Assembly: GCF_009914755.1 (NCBI RefSeq) | Contig: NC_060940.1 | Reading direction: 5' to 3' (one strand) | DNA from: the human T2T-CHM13v2.0 reference genome, Homo sapiens | Length of the DNA stretch: 64,000 bases | Shown: positions 14,241 to 27,630 of the stretch, piece by piece | Layout: each line of letters opens with the position of its first letter | Position numbering within the stretch: position 1 is the first letter of the stretch | Translations under genes and position numbers: made by a program | Notes under the pieces: model-generated | Databases searched by the model: none | The model's input: only the letters and a program-made list of their open reading frames with translations | Told to the model about the DNA's origin: nothing

Positions 14241-15269
14241 TGGCTTGACCAAAAACTGAATGAACTAGGGAGATTCCTGATAAGGACCTTTGTTGCTATT
14301 TCAAATCAAATTAAACTAGGGTTCATCTAATTTGAAGAAAAGATCTCCCCCAGGTGGATTAACTTAGTGGTTTTGAGGACACAGCATGTGGGCATGTTGG
14401 GGCAAATAACGGGTACAGTATGAAGCTTGCACTGCCTCTGCTGTCTTCCCATAATTAGAATCTCTAATGTGTGTGTGCACGAAGGTCGGGTGTGGATACA
14501 CATACCTACATTCTGAGATTTCCTATGTGCAGGGGAAATAGGAGCTGATCTAGCTTCTCATTGTTCTTGCAAGAGGTACTATGTCAGTCCATTCTTTACC
14601 CAGCTTACAGAGCTTCACTGCTAATATTTGCTGAGGGATTACAGTGTGCCAGGCAGACGTGTCCATTCAGTTGATACTCCCAAATCCATAAAGGGGAGAC
14701 CCTTGTCATTATCTTTACTTTACAGATGTGGAAACTGAGTCTCAGAGAAGTGAGATAACTCGCTATGGTCAGAGGGGGCAGAGCCAGCATGGGAACCCAT
14801 GAAGTCCAACCCCAGAGGCTGCATTCTCATCCACTGTGCTACATATTGCCTTCCATTCATGAATTCATTCACTCTCTCAGTCATTCATTCACCCAACACA
14901 CATAAACCAAATCCCTACTGCCTACCAGGGGTGGCTGCCATCTGTGTACACTCACTGGCATGTGTCTTGCTTTCAGTTTTCATCAGGCCAGAGACTAAAG
15001 ATTAGGACTAAGAAAGCATCCTGAGAGTAACAGAGGTAGTTACCGCTCTGATGTTCCTGTGGGGGCTGCCATCCCTCCCAGACTTATGAAATCTTGGTAT
15101 TTTTCTACTACCCTGTGGATCAGCAGGGACCAGCACCTTCTGGGACCCTCCAGTGCCTAGCATAGTGCCCGGAACACAGTAGGAATTAAAAGGATACTAT
15201 TTATTGAAGGAATAAATGAATGATCAACAGGATTCAGTTCAAGCTTCAAGGTCTTAGAGGTTTTTCTAA

Positions 15270-15820
15270 AGAAACCCGATTTCTATTTTCCTGCTTACAA
15301 CCCCTTTCAGCAACTCTTGGTTTCTAAGTCCAGTTGCTTTACCTGTCCTGGAGACCTTTCTGGTCTGGCTCCGGCTTCACTTCTGTCATCTCTATCCCTC
15401 TCCCTCCCTTCCACTTGCTCCTTGCTCCAGGCCACCCTGGGTTATTCCCAGCACCTCATCCGGAAGGGCTCTGTGTTTCCTCTTGATCTTCTGGCCATGA
15501 TCCGCCTGTTCTCTGGACCGGTCTACCTTTCCCCGCATCCTCCAGGCCACCTCAAACTTGTAATCTAGATTTTGGCTCAGGCATCACCTCTACTCATAAG
15601 TCTTTCCTGGATAGAGGCACCACTGAGGTACATATCTAAGCATTTGATCATCATAGCTTTTCTCCTGACCCCCACAGTACTGCATCTTTTAATTTACAGG
15701 TCTCTCTCTCTCCAGATCTAGACCGTCAACTCCAAGAGGGCAGGGACTGTATATGGCATGCTCACCAATATGTCTCTAGTGTCTGAAACAGTGCTGAACA
15801 TAGAGTAGGTGCTCAATATA
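15270..15820 (+). mobile_element. L2 fragment followed by degenerate (ATCT)n low-complexity DNA to ~16075
   Basis: gagggcagggactgt..catagagtaggtgctcaata terminus. Confidence 0.65.
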
Positions 15821-16566
15821 TCTCTATAGAGATCTAAAAATAAAGATATATTGAGCACCTATTGTCTATTGATCGATCAATGATCTATACAGATTGATCA
15901 TCTACTTATGTGTGTTTATCATCTATCTCTACCAATCTGTCACATTAATCTGTCAACTCTATTGTAACCATTAATCATCTATCCATCTGTTTGCCTATTA
16001 ACGTATCCACCCATCTGTCTGTCTGTTAATCAATCTATGTATCACCTGTCTATCAATCTATCTTGAACACATATTGAATGAGTAGGGGCTGAACACATGG
16101 ACTTCCCTCCATGCACTAGTTTCCAACAGATACTAACAAAACAGATGAATGGCCACAAAACTACTTTAGGGTCATATTTAAGGAGGTGATTTTTCACCAG
16201 TTAGGGGAAGATGGGAACCCTCCAGAACACTGCCCTTGGATCCTCCAAAGAAATGAGGATAAACACTTCCCTGAAATCGAGTTTTAAAACCAAGATAACC
16301 TGGGCAGGAGAGTTCTGGAGCAGCTGACAAACAACCTGGATCTTGTTTTTCAACCGAGGAGCGTGAAGGGTGAGGTGTGGGGCAGCCTGAGCTAGGGCCC
16401 TGCTGCTGTCACATCCTCCAAGACCTTCTCAAGGGGCCTCATTGTGGAAGTCCACCACCATCCACTGCAGAATGGTCAATTACCCAAATTCAAATACATA
16501 TTCAAATTCAAGCTTAACATACTGCTCCCTGGCTTCCAACCAACCAATGGCTTTCCATTGCGTTTA

Positions 16567-19500
16567 TTTATTTATTTTTTGAGTTTATAATGTGTATGTA
16601 TATGTATATATTTCAATAGGTTTTTGGGGAACAGGTGGTGTTTGCTTACATGAATAAGTTCTTTAGTGGTGACTTCTGAGATTTTGGTGCACCCATCACT
16701 TGAACAGTATACACTGCACCCCATGTGTAGTCTTTTATCCCCTATATCCCCTCCCCTATATCCCCCAACCCTTGCCCATGAGTCCCCAAACTCACTGTAT
16801 CATTCTTAAGCCTTGATTTCCTCATAGCTTAGCTCCCTCTTATGAGTGAGAACATACAACGTTTGCTTTTCCATTCCTGAATTACTTCATTTAGAATAAT
16901 GGTCTCCAATTCCATCCAGGTTGCTGCAAATACCATTGTTTCGTTCCTTTTTATGGCTGAGTAGTATTCCATGGGGTATATATATATATATGCGCACACA
17001 CACACACACACAATTTATTCACTCATTGATGGGCTGCTTCCATTTTTTTTGCAATTGTGAATTGTGCTGCTATAAACATGCGTGTGCAAGAATCTTTTTT
17101 GTATAATGACTTACTTTTCTCTGGTAGATAGCCCACAGTGGAATTGCTGGATCAAATGGTAGAACTACTTGTAGTTCTTTAAGGAATCTCCACATTGTTT
17201 TCCATAGTGGTTGTCCTAGTTTACAGTCCCACCAACAGCATAAAAGCGTTCCCTTTTCACCACATCCATGCCAACATCTGTTATTTTTTGGTTATGGCCA
17301 TTCTTGCAGGAGTAAGGTGGTATTGCATTGTGGTTTTGATTTGCATTTTCCTGATCGTTAGTGATGTTGAGCATTTTTTCATATGTTCATTGGCCATTTG
17401 TATATCTTCTTTTGAGAACGGTCTATTCATGGCCTTAGCCCACTTTTTGATGGGATTGTTTTTTCTTGCTGATTTGAGTTCCTTGTAGATTCTAGATATT
17501 AGTCCTTTGTTGGATCTACAGATTGCAAAGATTTTCTCCCACTCTCTGGGTTGTCTGTTTACTCTGCTGATTATTTCTTTTGCCTTGCAGAAACTTTTAA
17601 AATTAAGTCCTATCTACTTATCTTTGTTTTTGTTGCATTTGCTTTTGGGTTCTTGGTCATTAAGTCTTTGCCTAAGCCAGTGTCTAGAAGGGTTTTTCCA
17701 ATTTTATCTTCTAGAATTTGTATGGTTTCATGTCTTAGATTTAAGTCTTTGATCCATCCTCAGTTGATTATTGTATAAGGTGAGAGATGAGGATTCGGTT
17801 CCATTCTTCTACACGTGGCTTGCCAATTATTTCTGCACCATTTGTTGAATAGGGTGTTCTTTTCCCACTTTGTTTTTGTGTGCCGTGTTGAAGATCAGTA
17901 AGTATTTGGCTTTATTTCTGGGTTCTCTATTCTGTTCCACTGTTCTATATGCCTTTTTTTATACCAGTACCATGCTGTTCTGGTGACTATGGCCTTATAG
18001 TATGCTTTAAGGTTGGGTAATGCAATGCCTCCAGATTTGTTCTTTTTGCTTAGTCTTGCTTTGGCTCTGCAGGCTCTTTTTTAGTTCCATATGAATTTTA
18101 GGATTGCTTTTTCTAGTTCTGTGAAGAATGATGGTGGTATTCTGATGGGAATTGCATTGAATTTGTAGATTGCTTTTGGCAGTATGGTCATGGTCACAAT
18201 ATTGATTCTACCCATCCATGAGCATGACATTTGCTTGTGTCATCTATGACTTCTTGCAGCAGTGTTTTGCAGTTTTCCTTGTAGAGGTCTTTCACCTCTC
18301 CTTGGTGGGTTTGGGTTTGTTCTTGTTTCTCTAGCTCATTAAGGTGTGACCTTAGATTGTCTATTTGGGCTCTTTCAGACTTTTTGATGTGGGCATTTAA
18401 TGCTATGAACTTTGCACTTAGCACTGGCTTTGCTGTATCCCAGAAGTGTTGAATTCAGGAGCAAGTTATTTAGTTTCCATGTATTTGCATGAATTTGGGG
18501 GTTCCTTTTGGAGTTAATTTCCAATTTTATTCCACTGTGGTCTGAGAGAGTATGTGCTGTAATTTTGATTTTCTTAAAATTGTTGAGACTTGTTTTGTGG
18601 CCTATCATATGGTCTATCTTGGAGAATGTTCCATGTGCTGATGAACAGCATGTATATTCTGCAGTCGTTGGGTAAAATGTTCTGTAAGTACCTGTTAAGT
18701 CCATTTGTTGTAGGGTATAGCATAAGTCCATTGTTTCTTTATTGACTTTCTGTCTTGATGAACTGTGCCAATATTACTGTGTTGCTGTCCATCTCATTTC
18801 TTAGGTCTAGTAGTATTGTTTTGGGAGCCCCAGTGTTAGTGCATGTATATTTAGATTGTGGTGTTTTCCTGTTGGACTAGTCCTTTTATCATTATATAAT
18901 GTCCCTCTTTGTCTTTTTTAATTGCTGTTGCTTTAAAGTTTTGTTTTGTCTGGTAAGAATTGCTACTCCTGCTCACTTTTGGTGTCCATTTGCATGGAGT
19001 ATCTTTTTTCACCTTTTTACCTTAAGTTCATGTGAGTCCTCAGGTGCCAGGCAAGTCTCTTGAAGACAGCAGACACTTGGTTGGTGAATTCTTATCCGTT
19101 CTGTATCTTTTAAGTGAAGCTTTTAGGCCATTTACATTCAACATTAGTATTGAGATGTGAGGTACTATTCTATTCATCATACTATTTGTTGCCTGAATAC
19201 CTTGGTTTGTTTCATTGTGTTGTTTTGCAGGACCTGTGAGATTTATGCTTTAAAGAGATTCTATTTTGGTTTATTTTGAGGATTTGTTTCAAGATTTACA
19301 GCTCCTTTTAGCAGTTCTTGTAGTGCTGGCTTGGTAGTGGTGAATTATCTTAGCATTTTTCTGAAAAAACTGTATCTTTCATTTATGAAGCTTAGTTTCA
19401 CTGGATACACGATGCGTGGCTGGTAACTGTTTTGTTTAAGGAGGCTAAAGACAGGACCCTTCTGGCTTGTAGTGTTTCTGCTGTGAGAAATCTGCTGTTA

Positions 19501-20382
19501 ATCTGATGGGTTTTCCTTTATAGGTTACCTGATGCTTTTGCCTCTTAAGGTTATTTCCTTTGTCTTGACTTTAGATAACTTGATGACTATGTGCCTAGGC
19601 ATGATCTTTTTGCAATGAATTTCCCAGGTGTTCTTTGAACTTCTTGTATTTAGATGTCTAGATCTCTAGCAAGGCTGGGGAAGTTTTCCTCAATTATTCC
19701 ATTATTCAAACTTTTAGATTTCTCTTCTTCCTCAGGAACGCCAATTATTCTTAAGTTTGGTTGTTTAACATACTCCCAAACTTCGTGAAGGCTTTGTTCA
19801 TTTTTTAAAAATTCTTTTTTGTGTTTGTTGGAGTGAGTTAATTTGAAAGCCTTGTCTTCAAGTTCTGAAGTTCTTTCTTTTACTCGTTTGATTCGATTGC
19901 TGAGACTTTCCAGTGCATTTTGCAATTTTGTAAGTGTGTCCTTCATTTTCAGAAGTTGTGATTGTGTTCTATTTAGGCTATATTTCACTGGAGATTTTTC
20001 CATTCGTATCCTATATCTTTTTTTTTAAGTTGGACTTCACCTTTCTCTGGTGCCTCCTTAATTGGCTTAATAGTCGAACTTCTTAATTGTTTTTCTGGTA
20101 ATTCAGAGATTTCTTCTTGATTTGAATCCATTGCTGGTGAGCTAGTGTGATCTTTTGGGGATGTTAAAGCAAGCCAATTCACAATTCCTTGGCTGTCCCA
20201 CAGTGCCTGCAGGGGCAATCCACCTCCTTCAAAGGCTCTATGGATTCTCTTGGCTTTCCTGGCATGTTTCTGCAGTAGTTCTTGGAGCAAAAGTTCATGA
20301 TGTGGGGCTCCATACACTGCTCTGTCCATCCGAGTGGAAGCTGCAAGTTTGTCTTGCCTCCTATCCGCCATTTTCCCTCTAT
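16567..20382 (-). mobile_element. L1PB-family LINE-1, both termini present but internally deleted (3.8 kb), inserted into an L2
   Basis: ORF1 remnants (19650..20003), endonuclease/ORF2 remnants (18375..18731, FSKIDHM), ORF2 C-terminus (16829..17011), L1PB-type 3'UTR and 5' end. 16-bp TSD ctttccattgc(g/a)ttta at 16551 and 20383. Confidence 0.92.
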
Positions 20383-20398
20383 CTTTCCATTGCATTTA

Positions 20399-20910
20399 AA
20401 ATACAACCTGAACATCTTTCCCGGGCCTGCAAGACTACTCCCTGAGGCCTCTTTCCTACCAGTTTCCTTCTCACTTGCTGCACCCAGTACATTGGTCTCA
20501 CTGCAACTCGAGTACTCCTAGCTCATTCCCAGTGCCTAAGGGCCTTTGTATATGCTCTTCTCTCTGCTTGGAATGCTCCAGATCTCCCGAGGACTGGCTC
20601 TTTTACAGGCTTTAGCTTTGCAGTGATCTCCGTAGAAAAGCCTTCCTAGATGAATCAATCATTCTATTGAAGGTTGTCCCCATCAATGTCCTGAGTCCCC
20701 AGCAATCACATGAATGAAGTTTTCTCTAGAATACCTGTCATTAGCTGAGCTGTTTGTTTTTGTTTATCTATTTGCTCACTCACTGGCTGGCTGTCTCATT
20801 GGAATGCAATTCCATGACCACAGGGGCCTGGTTTGTTTGGTTCACCACAATCCCTCCTGAACCTGGCACACTGTAGGCACTTGGTGACTACCTGCAGAAA
20901 GAATGAGCAT
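20399..20910 (+). mobile_element. L2, continuation of the element split by the L1
   Basis: L2 3' motifs ending cctggcacactgtaggcacttgg..gaaagaatga. Confidence 0.7.
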
Positions 20911-22499
20911 CTTTTATTTCCAAGTCAACAGCATGAGATTCCCATGGATTGGAGAAATGTATCTGAGCTGTTCAGCCACCTGCTGTGAGCCAGGCACTGT
21001 ACAAGGCCCTGGGATAGTGCTAACACCAAGGAGATCCTAAATAGCCCACAGAGTGGTCCTGTAGTTCTTCCTTGCCTTTCTGTTCATTTGCTACTAAAAT
21101 TAAGAGTTTAGAAAAAATTCAAAATACAAGTTAGGGCTCTCTGCATCACATGCTGTTATTTTTGCCAGTGATTTTGATGGTTCTCACTCCAAGGGTACCA
21201 GACCTGTGTAGTGAGGACCATCCCCCAAAAGCACTAGCCATGGAGCGGCCAACATCATTTGTCACTGCCAGAAGTACCCAGTCACCCAACAGCAGGCTGA
21301 TAAACAGGGAGAGCCCAGACACCAGGCATTCATCTCTTTAATGGGACATTAATGTTGTCAATTGGCTGCTCAGGCCCCTAGCACAGAATCCAACTGGGGC
21401 AGTATCTAATTGCCCCCTGATGCCAGTAATTTATGGAATGGGCTCCCTTGGCTGCTCACATCCAGCAAATCCACTGGGAGTCTTAATTGAAAACAGTGGC
21501 TTAACAAGAAACTCTCACTGGTGCCTGTTTGTCATGGGGATACATACATTCGTTAGGCAGGGCCACAGAAGCTAGAGAAGGACTGTCAAGGAAAATATAA
21601 GAGGGTGGGACTCCCCCTCTCCCCAACATACTCTTAGCCCCTCAAGATGTACCATAGTCTACAATCAGACTCTTGGTCCCTAATCCAGCAGTCAGAACCA
21701 TTGTGACAAATCACGTCCTTAGCACTTAGGGATGTGAGGAAGGCAGAAACCAGGTGCTGCAGTTTTGTGTGAATAACACGCACCAGGCTTGATCATGCTT
21801 CCCCTTCCTTCCTGCACCACGACCCAAGTACACTCATTCATTCATTCAAAAGTCTTACTCAGCATCTACAAAGACTACATACTCTCTGTGTGCTGGGGAT
21901 ACCGCAGTGAAGAGGGAGACACAGTTCCAGCTCTCTTGTGAACAATCAATGAGTGACCAGATAAAGCAACAAGATAATTTTAGATAGTAAATGCTAAGAA
22001 AAAGTATTAAAATAGGGAAGGGTTGGGTGGAGAATGTAGCTATTGCAGCAGCTTAAGTGGGTGCCGGGGAAGGTTTCTCTGAAGGTGTATCATTTGGATT
22101 TAGATCAGAATGATCAAAAACAAAGCTAGCTATGTGACCCATCTGTCCATCCATCCTTCCTTCAATCCATCATTCATCTACTCATCTAATCATATATTCA
22201 GTGATTGATCTGGTACTTCCCTTGAGCGAATCCAGGTGTGCTAAAAACTGTGGAGACAAAACCACAACTAAGCATAGGATTTGTGGCCAAAGAGACCTAG
22301 GTTGAATTTTGAGCTCTCCCACTTCCTAGCAATCCAGAAAATCTTTGGATCTCTATAAGCCTCAGTTCTCCATTCGGTAAAATGGGACTAATATTACTGA
22401 CATTGGTTTAGGAGTCATCACTGGAAAAATTCAGAGGAGCAGAAATTCTACCCTAAAAAATACAACTGTGTTCCAGTTGGTTTGATCCTCCCCTGTTTA

Positions 22500-22898
<399 letters not shown>

Positions 22899-23246
22899 TT
22901 AGGGCCCAAGGTGTGTAGGATCACAGTGAGGCTCCCCACCCACCAAGCTAGTTTTGTTCCTAAAGCAGTCCCCATTGTGCACAATGCCTACTGTTTTCCT
23001 TGCGTCCTCTGTATCTATGATCTCAATGACTATGAATACTTTTTTCTTCTGCTGATTATGAATGAAAAACATGCTGACTGTAGGAAAGTACAACAAAGAA
23101 AGTGAAATGACTACTTTCCATGCCTCTTCCCATACATAATGTCAATTCACAGATATTGAGTCCTCTGGTGCTTGGTACCGGGCAGTGAAAATGGTGTGTG
23201 AACACTCATATTGATGGATTTCCCTTCGGCCTTATTTCCTATGCAT

Positions 23247-23279
23247 CTATTTGCATAAATACTATTTGCATAAATACTA
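23247..23279. repeat. 15-bp tandem duplication with an octamer (ATTTGCAT) in each unit
   Basis: ctatttgcataaata x2. Confidence 0.9.
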
Positions 23280-24234
23280 CATAGTTGGCATCTATCTATC
23301 CTAGCTATTATTCTGTCTTCATTGTATAGTATTTCCTGAGGATTATCACATCTTTGAAAAGTCTCTGAAGACACGATTTTGTATGTGTTGATGCTCGGTG
23401 TGTTTCATCATAGTTAATACCAGATTTGATAGAGCAAGTTCTCTAGCATTGGATGATAACTCTAATTTTTTGCTTCTCTAAACAATGCTGCATTCAACAT
23501 CTTTGAGCAAAACCTTTCATTCGTCTCTCTCTCTGTTTAAATGTCTGAGGCTCTTCGTGTCTGCAGCTTAACTGTTTCAGAAGTACTGATTTATTCTCTC
23601 ACAGTCCTTACCACTTACACTGGTTATCATCTTTAACCATGATTGCCAATCTGAGATAAACACACATGCACATACATGCAAAAGTGGTTTGTTGTTTTAA
23701 AATGCACGTCTTTGATCCACAAAAACTTGCTGGCTGAAAAGGGCAGGGAAGTGAAGCAGAGATGTCCGGAGAAAAGGGGGAAGCAGATGGCAAAAAAGGA
23801 GTACCTCGGAGGAGACCAGTTTGGTATATTTCCTACTTGTCAGATAAATAGCTGCCGCTTCTGCAATGTGTAAATTGCACAGCTTTATAAGGCGCTTGTG
23901 GGTCCTTCATAATAGCATTTCACAAATCATTGTCCCTGCTCAGCTAAACGCAGCCTTCCCTCTGGTCCTGATCTGGAGTTTTAAGTCTTTATGTCCAATT
24001 ATAACAGTTAGGGAAGCTGCCTTCCTGTGTTCACACATCTTCTGAAATCATTGCCTTGTTACTGGGATGCCTTCCAGGGAGCATAGAAAAAAAAAAAAAA
24101 AAAAAAAAACTTGAACAGTCTTCAGATGGTTTGTTGGGCATTCACCGTTCATGCAAACCTGTTTTAAATCTGGACTTTGGGAGTGGAAAGTCCAGCGACT
24201 GTGCTGTCATTCTACCACTGCAGCAACATCTAGG

Positions 24235-24817
24235 CAGGGCTATCACATAAAACCTCCTGCGATGACAGAAATATTTTATTTATTTATTTTTGAGGCAGAG
24301 TCTCACTCTGTTGCCCAGGCTGGAGTGCAGTGGCATGATCTTGGCTCACTGCAACCTCCGCCTCCTGGGTTCAAGCGATTCTCCTGACTCAGCCTCCTGA
24401 GTAGCTGGGATTACAGGCATCAGCCACCATGCCCGGCTAATTTTTGTATTTTTAGTAGAGACGGGGTTTCACCATGTTGGCCAGGCTGGTCTCAAACTCA
24501 CTCCTGACCTCAAGTGATCCGCCCGCCTCGGCCTCCCAAAGTGCTGGGATTACAGGTGTCAGCCACTGCGCCAGGCCAAAAGCTTTTTATTTCCATAGGA
24601 TTTTGGGGAACAGGTGGTGTTTGGTTGCATGAGTAAGTTCTTTAGTGATGATTTGTGAGACTTTGGGAAAGCTGTCTCCCAACCCACTAGCAAAGTGTGA
24701 CTGTTCAGCCCTTGAAATATGGCCAATGTGACTGAGGAACTGAATTTTAAATTGTATTTAGTTTTAGTTAATTTACACTGAAGTAGCCACTTGTGGCTAC
24801 CGTATTGGACAGCAAAG
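24235..24817. mobile_element. MER3 (hAT-Charlie) interrupted by a short L1PB 3' end (~24583-24666) and an AluS (24273-24577, minus)
   Basis: MER3 left part ..cctgcgatgacagaaat; right part tgactgaggaactgaattttaaatt..gtggctaccgtattggacagc. L1PB motif ttttggggaacaggtggtgtttgg. Confidence 0.8.
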
Positions 24818-24829
24818 ATAGTCATGAAA

Positions 24830-25350
24830 GAGCCAGTGGTCACCTGCATTAATGTCCCAAATCTCCCATCTCCTTTATCTTATGCTTTCTTCCATGTGAC
24901 TTTGCAAGTTTCCTTGTACCCGGGAGGCAGAACCTATTTTTCTACCTCTGGAATCTTCTTTGGACAACAGAAAGTGGTAGAAGGGCTGTCACGTCAGTTC
25001 TGAGCCAGGGCCTCAAGATGCCTTGCACATTTCTGTTTGCTTTCTTGCTCTTTTGAGGTCACCATGAGAGCATGCCTGGGCTAGCTTGCTGGAGAAGGAG
25101 ACATTTGAAACAGCAGAGCTACGCCAGTTGTCCCAGCTGAAGCCATCCTAGGCTCAGGCAACTATTCCCAGCCAAGGACCACAGAGCCACCTCCCGACTT
25201 GCAGTTGGCTGCAGATAGGGGAGCAAGGCCTGCCCATACTGGGAAAACTGTCCAGCTGATCTGCGAACTTGAGCATTACATGAATGCATATTGTTTCAAA
25301 ACACTGATTTGGGAGTTGTTTGTTTCACAGTGTTATCGTGACAATAGACA
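24830..25350 (+). mobile_element. MLT1-family MaLR LTR (degenerate)
   Basis: gttctgagccagggcctcaaga...tattgtttcaaaacactgatttgggagttgtttgtttcacag. Confidence 0.65.
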
Positions 25351-25493
25351 AAGCACTGCCAGTGTGTGTTCTGTGAGGTGGGTAAAGCAGGAGAATTTGC
25401 TGTTACGGGAGTCAAAGGAAGAGAGTGTTTCCAGAAAGCAGCAGTCCAAAAAATTTAGAAGTCAATCTTTGATTACTTGCCTCCTTCACCTTC

Positions 25494-25648
25494 TTTATAT
25501 TTTTTGAGATGGAGTCTCTGTCACCCAGGCTAGAGTGCAGTGTCGTGAAACTGGCTCACTGCAACCTCTGCCTCCCGGGTTCAAGCAGTTCTCCCTGACT
25601 CAGCCTCCCGAGTAGCTGGGATTACAGGTGTCAGCCATCACACCTGGC
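25494..25648 (-). mobile_element. Internally deleted Alu (monomer length)
   Basis: Right arm joined directly to the Alu 5' end at ctgggattacagg. Confidence 0.85.
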
Positions 25649-25649
25649 C

Positions 25650-26175
25650 CCTTCCATCCTCTATTCTCCTTACACACTGCCAGCATCCTGGTCAAAGCCA
25701 CCATCCTTTTATACCTGGGCCTCTGCAGGAGCTTCCTTAATTGTCACCCTCTCTTACTTTTGCCCACTATAACCTGTTCCCATAGTAGCCACGTCCATCG
25801 TCCCTCACTTAAATGCCACAAGCACTTTGCTTCATGCTTTCAGTAAAATCCAAACTCCTTACCTGGTCCACAAAGCCCTACCGCTTTCTCTAGCCCCCCT
25901 TTTGTTTCCTGCTACCCTAATCCACCACTTCCTTCCTCATTGCTGCCTCTGACTTGTCACTCTCACATGACTTTATCTTCATTTTTTGCACAGCATTTAC
26001 CCTTATTGATCTTATATTCTGGTTTACTTGTGCTTAGGTACTGTCTGTCTGCACACTAGAATGGGAGGGCTTTGAGTTCACAGGCCTGGTCCGCCTGGAT
26101 CAAGGCTGAATTCTCCGTGCCTAACACACAGGCTGACACACGATAACTACTCAATCAGTACTTATTGAAGGAGTG
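25650..26175 (+). mobile_element. L2 fragment
   Basis: aaaatccaaactccttacc..gtacttattgaaggagtgaa. Confidence 0.65.
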
Positions 26176-26525
26176 AAAATTCTAGAAGGATTTTCTCTTG
26201 AACCTCAAGTTACATCTACAGTCCCTGTAACCAAGGAGTGAGCACAAAGCCCTCTGATGCCTCATCCTGACTGTATTTGGTATCTAAGTAATGAAAACTG
26301 TTAATGTCTCAAAACAGAAAAATAATCAAGATGCCGCACAATCAGTCATCATCTACAGGAATGCAACCGAAGTATTCGTTTGGCCCAAAGGTGTTTTTCT
26401 TTCTTATTTAAATACGATGAGCACTAAAAAAAATTAGGAGATTTGGTTGGCAACTCCATCTGCATTCCCACGGAATGTACTGGGGTTCAGCTCCATGGAC
26501 CTCCAGGTTCCCATGGTCAGCCCAC

Positions 26526-26539
26526 CCTGCAGGGGGCAC
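26526..26539 (+). promoter_or_regulatory. Candidate CTCF core motif
   Basis: CCTGCAGGGGGCAC, 13/14 match to CCASYAGRKGGCRS. Confidence 0.45.
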
Positions 26540-27491
26540 ACTGAGTGATTCTAGTGCTTCGTGCCTGCCCCGGAGGGCATTTGGGGACCTGCAATAAAAT
26601 GCTGACATCCTTATTTCTGGATGGTAGATTATATGCAAACTTTACTCTGATTCTCTCAACCTGCCATTTCAGAAACTTCTGCAATGCACATGTGTTAGTT
26701 TATAATGAGAAAAAAAAATCAATAAACATTATTTAATGAAAGGTTATATTATAGACTGGAAAGGCACAATTTGCCTAAAATACCCAGATAAAACGAGACT
26801 GTTAAAGTTTTCACTTGCTGTTTCCCCACATGCCCCGGGGCTAGGAATCCATTCTCTTCTGCCTTTTGGGATAAGGGTCTTTTGTCCTGATTTATTTTCA
26901 GGCTCCTATTCATAAATACATTGGCTTTGCCCACAGCAAGGCACCACAGTTCCATTACAATAAAAAACGAGGTGGATACCAGAGGATTCCTGGCTCGAGG
27001 CAATGTGACGGCTCACTTCATTCCAAAATGAGTACTAGGAGCAACCTTCAACAACCCTAGATAAATTGGGGGTGTCTTTTGGAATTTCCTGTAAGATCAT
27101 TTACCTTATACATTCTAGGAAGCCTGCAACTGTAATTATTATGGAACGACATTTGCCTTCCAAGTGGCAGGCACCGCACTGTCTACTGGGGATACATGCA
27201 GGGATTCTGCTTCCAGACTAGCAGTGGGGGGGAGAGAGACTCCCTGGTGACCTTGAGCCAAGATACCGCACATACTGAAGGTGAAGTCCCTGAACTACTT
27301 TCAGCTTGGGAGACGGTGGGTGTGGGGTGAGCTATCTTAATAAGTGTCATAGAGGAGGTGGTCCTTGGATGGCTTTGTTGACTTGAGAAGGGGTGGCTGT
27401 GCAGTGGGAGGCAGTGAGCAAAGAAAATACAGGGAGAGAACAAGGAATTGTTACCATCACACACAGCAGGTTCACTGTTGGCTGCATCATA

Positions 27492-27603
27492 ATGGCAACT
27501 GGCAACTAAGATACCAGCAATGACCTGAACCCTGAGCAGTTAGTACATGGCAACTGGCAACTAAGATACCAGCAATGACCTGAACCCTGAGCAGTTAGTA
27601 CAT
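27492..27603. repeat. Perfect 55-bp tandem duplication
   Basis: atggcaactggcaactaagatacc...gcagttagtac at 27492 and 27547. Confidence 0.95.
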
Positions 27604-27630
27604 AAAATGCTGTTAAAATGGGAATAACAA

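Noticed and set aside
16829-20395. L1 ORF1/ORF2 fragments as functional genes
   Set aside because: Fragmented by frameshifts and stops, and most of the RT is deleted.
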